DNA of 42,423 nt, from the NCBI RefSeq assembly GCF_001194135.2, contig NC_068991.1, forward strand, positions 65,857,398 to 65,899,820, read 5' to 3'. The notes beneath the pieces were generated by a model. That model made no database searches and was not told the origin of the DNA. It saw nothing but the letters and a program-made list of their open reading frames with translations. This document shows, piece after piece, positions 35,096-42,423 of this stretch. The translations under genes were made by a program, and so were the position numbers. How positions within the stretch are numbered: position 1 is the first letter of the stretch; each line of letters opens with the position of its first letter. The DNA comes from Octopus bimaculoides. Lineage: Eukaryota.

Positions 35096-35905
35096 ACATA
35101 TGCGTGTGTGCGAACGCATGTGCGTGTGTGTGTGTGTGCGTGTGTGTGTGTATGCCTATTAGGCGAATGAGTATAGTGGAGTCTATTGAAGTGAAAGATA
35201 TTATGGGACCGTCATTTACTTTATAAGCTGCAGGAGGTGGTGGGACGCAAAGTCAACCTCCAGTAGAAAGCAGGGGACGAAATCAAAGCTGACTCAAGTA
35301 GGGTTTGAACTCAGAATGTTGAGGAATGAAACTAAACGTCGTAAAGCATTTCATTCATTGCTCCACTATCTCTGGTTTCTAGTATCGTAGCTAGTGGAAG
35401 AGCAATAGGGCGGTCCGGTTCGAATGACGCTTTTATGGGAGCAGCACTTTTGGGTCTACTGTATAAACCTGCATAAGCTTGGGGGCCTGTGGACGGGGGG
35501 AAGCAAACGCAAGGATTGTTCCGAACGGCAACACACTTTGCTGGTATCGCACCCCGCTACTTTTCGAAACTTATCTGTTTTAGAATTGAGTGTGATGTTT
35601 CCTTATATAGCGAATTAAATACCAAATGGGAAAAGGGTGATGTGTCATTCAAACTATTCTAAGAGTCTGGTACGCAACATACGCAGTATTTAATCAAAAT
35701 AATCACGTATGCGTGATTTAATGTATACACACTACTGATAGGCCAGTTACTGCAAATTTTCCTCTCTCTCTCTCTTTCTGTCTGTCTGTCTGTCTGTCTC
35801 TCCGATATTTATTGTTTTTAACGGAGCAAGTCCATAAGAGATGTTACCTCAGGACATATACTGCTGTATCAGGCCTGACAATATCCTTTCTTCCAGACCC
35901 AGGAA

Positions 35906-35945
<40 letters not shown>

Positions 35946-37150
35946 TTCAAGGTAGTAAAATATTATTTAGAAATTTTTTACCACCGTGGCCTAGCGTGCA
36001 GAAAAACTAGTCAATAGACTATATATTATTCATCATATATACAGTATACATTTAAACACATAAGAGATGGCCATNNNNNNNNNNNNNNNNNNNNNNNNNN
36101 NNNNNNNNNNNNNNNNNNNNNNNNNNNNNNNNNNNNNNNNNNNNNNNNNNNNNNNNNNNNNNNNNNNNNNNNNNNNNNNNNNNNNNNNNNNNNNNNNNNN
36201 NNNNNNNNNNNNNNNNNNNNNNNNNNNNNNNNNNNNNNNNNNNNNNNNNNNNNNNNNNNNNNNNNNNNNNNNNNNNNNNNNNNNNNNNNNNNNNNNNNNN
36301 NNNNNNNNNNNNNNNNNNNNNNNNNNNNNNNNNNNNNNNNNNNNNNNNNNNNNNNNNNNNNNNNNNNNNNNNNNNNNNNNNNNNNNNNNNNNNNNNNNNN
36401 NNNNNNNNNNNNNNNNNNNNNNNNNNNNNNNNNNNNNNNNNNNNNNNNNNNNNNNNNNNNNNNNNNNNNNNNNNNNNNNNNNNNNNNNNNNNNNNNNNNN
36501 NNNNNNNNNNNNNNNNNNNNNNNNNNNNNNNNNNNNNNNNNNNNNNNNNNNNNNNNNNNNNNNNNNNNNNNNNNNNNNNNNNNNNNNNNNNNNNNNNNNN
36601 NNNNNNNNNNNNNNNNNNNNNNNNNNNNNNNNNNNNNNNNNNNNNNGGCTAAGCGTTGTTTTTTAGGTGCTGGTGTAGCATGTGATCTACATGCCATTGT
36701 GATGATCTACGGCAACTTAAATCTTGACTAGCTTGTCATCTACATTCAAAATTTTGTTATAAATTTGCAATTATAATTAGAGGAGTGAATTAAACATTTA
36801 AAAAAGAAAAGAAAAAGAAAATTTTTTATTGATTCTTATTTCATCGAGTAAATATTTATTTATTTATGTGTTTCAGCCAAGTGGCTGCGGTCATGCTGGT
36901 GCACCGAATTTTAAATGTAGATCAAAAAGTCGGTGTAGATCACAAACAATACTATTTGAACTAATGTAGATCATAAGCTATACCAGAAACATGTATGCAC
37001 CGTTTTTGACTCTTGTTTCTAGCAATGCTGCTACTAACTAGTACCCTTTGTAACTTTACTAACATCTACAGTTCTGTCTTTCGGTTGTAAATTGCGTCCT
37101 CCATGGCAAGGTTTAATTTGTGTATACAAATTTAATTTGCGGTCCATGGG

Positions 37151-37227
37151 AAGAGCCGTTTTAACGATGCGTCCTGCTCAGCTCTTCGAAACGCCGGTGT
37201 TAAAACGGGGGTAGCTGATGAAGAAGA
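37151..37227 (+). ncRNA. Hammerhead-like core in type II order (GAAAC before CTGATGA), degenerate
   Basis: CTCTTC GAAAC(37188-92)...CTGATGA(37215-21) A GAAGA: 5-bp stem II if one extra A is bulged; stem I does not form well. Confidence 0.3.
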
Positions 37228-37487
37228 ATGTTCTCTATGTGGCTTGTGTGTTTTCTCGTCTACGTTTTGTTTGCAATGTCCTGTACCCAGATATGCACCT
37301 ATACATACAGGTGGATGTCGGTATGCACATACCTGTACGTATATATGCATATACTCATTTACTATTTGTTTTTATATATATTTTTATNNNNNNNNNNNNN
37401 NNNNNNNNNNNNNNNNNNNNNNNNNNNNNNNNNNNNNNNNNNNNNNNNNNNNNNNNNNNNNNNNNNNNNNNNNNNNNNNNNNNNNNN

Positions 37488-37544
<57 letters not shown>

Positions 37545-37546
<2 letters not shown>

Positions 37547-37700
37547 TACGACGTGCTTCCGCACAAATTTCATCTATCAAATTCACTCACAAGATTTTGG
37601 TTGGTCCGGGACTATAGCAGAAAACACTGGTCCAAGGTGCCGTGCAGTGAGATTGAACCCAAAACCATGTAGTTGCAAAACAAGATTCTTGACCACACAG
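37545..37700 (-). mobile_element. SINE family A, diverged 5' half
   Basis: ATACGACGTGCTTCC...GACTATAGCAGAAAACACT...GAACCCAAAACCATGTAGTTG...GACCACACAG. Confidence 0.75.
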
Positions 37701-39123
37701 GTGGAAGAATTTGAATGTTTATTTGTCTGCAACTTCTTTCTGACGAGTTTTCTTTTATTCATCTAATAAATTAACAATTACCTTTATTTTATTTAATATG
37801 ATACCAGCACTAAAAAAGTGAGACAGTAACTTGAGCTGTTCATATTCTCCTCATGAACATTAGCGAATATCGAGTTGTATACCTAGAGTGTGTGCCACTC
37901 AAAGTAGCCCTTGAGTTTTCCCCGACTCCGACCCCTATACAAGCATATTCAGCAGACCCAAAGTGCCGCCGCTATCGCCCCTTTCCCTAGCTACGCTGTG
38001 GAAAATACCGCTTCTTATTTAACAGCGTTCGCCATTTCTTTACAAACAAATAAAGGCTCCCTTTGATCCGAAACAAGCCCTTCATATTTTAGCAATTGAA
38101 GAAATAGGATGTTGTGAAATTTATGCATGTCCCCAAGTGCACTTGCGCTAAAAAATGAAGCAGAAATCGAAACCACGCCAATATATTACTGCAGTTTACC
38201 GTTTACCGTTTGCTCAACTTCAGCACCCATGTTATTTACAGATTGATTATGGGCCTAGAAAGCTCCATCACTTTGTACTTTACCTACACTTTTGTATTCA
38301 GTTCATGTAGAATAAAAAGCTATGTTGTTACGCTCTGTATGGAAATTTCCCTGCGTTAAGTAACAATACAAGCGTTATCTTGATGAAATAACACACATGC
38401 GATAACCGAGCGGTTGTCGCTCATGAGTTCACATTTCATGACGATTAAGAAATTTTTCACTGGAATTCATGAGAAGACCACATAATGTACAAGGAGATTC
38501 GTTAACCAATGACAGCATTCATTTTAGAGAAGACAAAACCACAAAGCCACACGTCGGTCGCTGATACACGACACACACTTTATCGAGTTTGCTCATCATT
38601 ATGATGTCAAAATACTGGATTTTTTAAAGTTGTCATTAAAACCGGATCTAACTTCCTCCCACCTCGAGACACTCCTATACTGGCCAGTTCTTATATTCAA
38701 ATATCCTGCAACTATCCTCGTATTCATATACCATTCATATATATTGGTTGTCTGATGTAATTTTTCCGAAATTAATCATTAAATATTCCCCACTTTAGAT
38801 TCTTCCTTTGACTTTACTCTCATATACATCCTTTTTCTTTCAAGAGCAATTGTTCAACATTGACCTAAATTTTAGAAAGAAAAAAAAATTCCAAGTGCTC
38901 CTTCCTTAAAATGAAGCAATTATCGAAGATCCAATAGTACGTTACTAGACCGGCTGTGCAGATTTCGAGCGTTCGAAGCTACTTAAACAATATCAAACGA
39001 AATTTTGTTACATGACACCTTAACCTTGGACCTATTTATAATATTTCAATTATTTCAAATTGAAGCCGAGTATAAGATTAACAGAGATTATTTGGACTAA
39101 CTCGTGTAAACACACACACACAC

Positions 39124-39787
39124 AACTCCAAAACTACCCGCACTTTCGCCATAACATATCTTTATTATTGTTATACTGCCTTCTGAACATGCATGCTTAT
39201 AGTTGGTACTATTGTGGTCACATGATCGAAGTTTGAATCTGATTGCGCCATTTTTCTTTCTGGCTTTACAGTGTAAACATGGCCACTCCGCTAGCAATGT
39301 GCACCATCGAAGAACAAAGAGCAGTGATCCGAGAGATGATAATGGTGAACCAGTTCACCATTACCATCTCTCGAGCTTGCTGAATCTTTTCGTCAGTGGT
39401 GGAGGTTGACGGGCGTCCTGCTATCTCCTCGTACGTCACGCTTGTCCGGCCACTTTTAAGCTTCTCGATCCCCTCATACACACTTCTACGTGGTAGTGCA
39501 CTGTCTCCGTATTGTGTTAAGAGCCTCCGATGAATTTCAACACCAGACACACCTTCCGACCAAAGAAATCGGATCACTGCTCTTTGTTCTTCTTTAGTGC
39601 TCATTGCTAGTGGAGTGACCATGCTTACACTGTAAAAACCAGAAAGAAAAATGGCGTAATGAAGCTCAAACTTCGATCACGTGACCACAATAATACTAAC
39701 TATAAGTACACATGCGCAGAAGGCAGTGTGACAATAATAAAATTATGTTATGGCGAAAGTGTGGATAATTTTTGAGTTCCCCTCGTA
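39124..39787 (-). mobile_element. Mariner-derived foldback element with two 5' ends (~209-bp inverted arms)
   Basis: Arms 39124-39332 / 39569-39780; intact TIR ...TTTTTGAGTTCCCCTCG-TA at the right. ORF from 39622: M..PLAMSTKEEQRAVIRFLWSEG...EIHRRLLTQYGDSALPRRSVY...GRTSV...GRPSTSTTDEKI (mariner HTH). Confidence 0.9.
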
Positions 39788-39790
39788 TAT

Positions 39791-40238
39791 ATACGTGAGT
39801 CGTCTAAGAGTCCATAAGTCAGGGAAAAGATGCACTCGTATATCTGCCAACAGAGTGGGTATATTATCCGAAATGTACAGTATTATATATCCATCACGGC
39901 TGATCTTCCATATCGGTTTCGCGCAAGGAATACAATGGAGTGTTCGGTAACAATCCGATTATATAACCTTACGCTCATCAGAGTTAGCCGATATGGAAGG
40001 GGATAAGGAGAGCAGTCGCCATATTCCCTTCCATATCGGCTAACTCTGATGAACGGAAGGTTATATAATCGGATTGTTACCTAACACTCCATTCTATTCC
40101 CGGCGCGAAACCAATTGTTATGATCAGCTGTAATGGATATATATAGTACTTTACATTTCGAATAATATACCCACTCTATTGACAGATATACGACTGCATC
40201 TTTTCCCTGACTTATGGACTCTTAGACGACTCACGCAT
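39791..40238. mobile_element. Long foldback (~215-bp arms, ~16-nt spacer) of a Penelope-like pLTR segment carrying hammerhead-like cores
   Basis: Arms 39791-40005 / 40022-40238 are clearly complementary with scattered mismatches. CTGATGA at 40046-52 (+) and 39981-75 (-); homologous to 1455-1600. Confidence 0.8.
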
Positions 40239-40339
40239 ACCAATCACAATACTCGCAAATATATTTGAAAAAATATATATATTATCCTGGTTATGACCGA
40301 GACCTTTGGAAATGAAATGTGCTGTGCGTGAGAAGACCC

Positions 40340-40830
40340 GGCAAGCCAAGTAAGATCGTTGCCAGTGCCCCTGGGCTGGTTCTTGTGCGGGTGGCACATG
40401 AGATGCACCATTTTGAGCGTGGCCGTTGCCAGTACCGCCTGACTGGCTCCTGTAGGATTTTCGAGCGAGATCGTTGCCAGTGCCCCTGGACTGGCTTGTG
40501 CGGGTGGCACATAAAAGACACCATTTCGAGCGTGGCCGTTTTCGTGCGGGTGACACGTAAAAGCACCCACTACACTCTCTGAGNNNNNNNNNNNNNNNNN
40601 NNNNNNNNNNNNNNNNNNNNNNNNNNNNNNNNNNNNNNNNNNNNNNNNNNNNNNNNNNNNNNNNNNNNNNNNNNNNNNNNNNNNNNNNNNNNNNNNNNNN
40701 NNNNNNNNNNNNNNNNNNNNNNNNNNNNNNNNNNNNNNNNNNNNNNNNNNNNNNNNNNNNNNNNNNNNNNNNNNNNNNNNNNNNNNNNNTGGAAAGCGGA
40801 CGTTAAACGATGATGATGATGATGATGATT
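40340..40830 (+). mobile_element. RTE-type 3' UTR repeat with expanded internal repeats, interrupted by a gap
   Basis: Repeated GAGCG(T/A)G(G/A)(C/T)CGTT(G)CCAGT..GTGCGGGTG blocks, then AAGCACCCACTACACTC; after the gap GGAAAGCGGACGTTAAAC(GAT)n. Confidence 0.7.
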
Positions 40831-41652
40831 ATAACAAATTCGGAAACTTGGCGCAGTAGAAATCCTCAGCGGCTCTTTCAATATAATTACAGAAATGTTA
40901 TTCCATTCTTTCTAACCAGTTTCAAGATAATGTCTTTCTAACAGTCGTTGTATTCTTCATCACTGTGAGTATCAACATCACACAACCTTTTTACTGCGTT
41001 ACTCAGTATTTATTCTACAGCCTATAATGTTACACAGTTCAAAAACAGCATCTTCCTTTTTATTCACTTTGTTCGGCATTCGTTCCAAAATTGAAAAATA
41101 AATTATTTTTGTATGTGTAACGGTTAGATTTTAATTTGTGTAGCGATGTGTGTTATAGTGCAACGTCGTGATCGCCAGTTTGTAACGATAAAGTTTTTAG
41201 TTGCAACGATAATAATTTGTGTAGAAGTCGAGGGTCACCAATTATAATGAATAAGTAAAAATGCAGAGGTTATAGAAGTTAGAGCGGTACCGAAGTCAGT
41301 GGAGAGATTAAGAATGATAAATAATTAATCTTTAAAATAATAAAAAAAACACACGTTAGTTTGTGTATGTGTATGAAACAAGTAAAAAGTATATTAAAAC
41401 AAAAATATCTTTTACATACCTTTTAAAATCACTGGATATAATATATATATAATAATCCCGAATATATATATGTGTGTGTGTGTGTGTNNNNNNNNNNNNN
41501 NNNNNNNNNNNNNNNNNNNNNNNNNNNNNNNNNNNNNNNNNNNNNNNNNNNNNNNNNNNNNNNNNNNNNNNNNNNNNNNNNNNNNNNNNNNNNNNNNNNN
41601 NGTGTGTGTGTGTGTGTGTGCGCGTGTGTACGTATGTATGTATGTATGTATA

Positions 41653-42110
41653 CAAGGTGGGGAAGCAAAACTTGGAAAATAATAGATAATTCACCAAACT
41701 GTCTATTTTACAACAACCAGCAGCTTGACATAAATATAATTTTAACACAAGTTTATAGGGATATAAAGAGACAACGTATTCAATCTGTTCGCCTTCGTTG
41801 TCCACCACAGGCTTCACACGCCGCCTGAAGGCGTCGCAACTTTTCATGATGAAGTACTCAGACATGTCCAATTCTTCCCTCAGGACTTGCTTAAGATGAT
41901 CAACACTTGGATACGAAGTTCTGTTGGTAGAGTGCTCCAATTTGCCCCATACGGCATAGTCCAGGTGTTCAAGTCTGGGCTGGAAGAAGGCCAGAAGTTG
42001 GCAGGCCCAAAAGTCGGCTTCGCCATATGAGCAGGAGTACCATCTTGGATCCACACATAGTTACCGTTGCGGGAGTTAGACTTCAGCCAAGGCAAAACCT
42101 TTGTAGTAAC
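41653..42110 (-). mobile_element. maT-type (DD37D-like) transposon, 3' remnant with TIR
   Basis: VLPWLKSNSRNGNYVWIQDGTPAH...FWPSSSPDLN..DYAVWGKLE...CDAFRRRVKPVVDNEGEQIE; terminus TA-CAAGGTGGGGAAGCAAAACTT at 41651-41673. Confidence 0.8.
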
Positions 42111-42423
42111 GCCTGCGCATGCGTAGAATTAATAAAGCAAGCGTTTCCCGCTCAATTCATTCTCTTTCTCGCTGGTCAGCGATTGAGCAGGGACGTATGT
42201 TTAAAGCTGTCTCTACATCTTTCGGTCTTATACTCGACAGCTCGTTATTCTCACCTCTAAAGATGTATAACTAAAGATATGTATGTTTTACCAAGTAAAT
42301 AAATGTTGTTTAAGTTGTTTAGTCTGGAGTTCAGCGTTCCGTCTATTTCTTCAATTTTATAGTAGAAAGTCAGGTATACAATCTAAAGATGTATAACCCA
42401 CTTTCTACTAAAGTGGTGACCCC

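Noticed and set aside
38050-38720. Faint resemblance of minus-strand frames to hAT/DUF4371 transposase
   Set aside because: Only a few scattered residues across frameshifts; cannot be supported without an HMM search.

Overview
AT-rich, repeat-dense eukaryotic scaffold with about 17 N-gaps. The SINE and microsatellite landscape resembles an Octopus (coleoid cephalopod) genome; this is inference from recalled repeat families and was not verified. There is one clear protein-coding gene: a 3-exon, minus-strand ADP-ribosylation-factor-like small GTPase (30717-30633, 20093-19920, 18764-18457; 567 nt, 188 aa, intact G1-G5 motifs, basic His-rich tail). The rest is transposon-derived: at least four tRNA-derived SINE families, RTE and CR1-type LINE ends, a Gypsy pol fossil, mariner, Tc1 (DD34E), maT (DD37D), Merlin and hAT remnants, and a Penelope-like GIY-YIG fossil. 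The most notable signal not explained by the ORF track is a set of hammerhead-ribozyme motifs. One is a structurally complete type I hammerhead in ARF intron 1 (22289-22347, + strand). Three related hammerhead-like cores tie a ~450-bp foldback (39791-40238) to the Penelope-like fossil (700-1600). Two further cores are degenerate (3307-3364, 37151-37227). All alignments and folds were done by eye, and repeat boundaries are approximate unless TSDs or TIRs are quoted. The long X-containing ORFs in the track are artefacts of N-runs.
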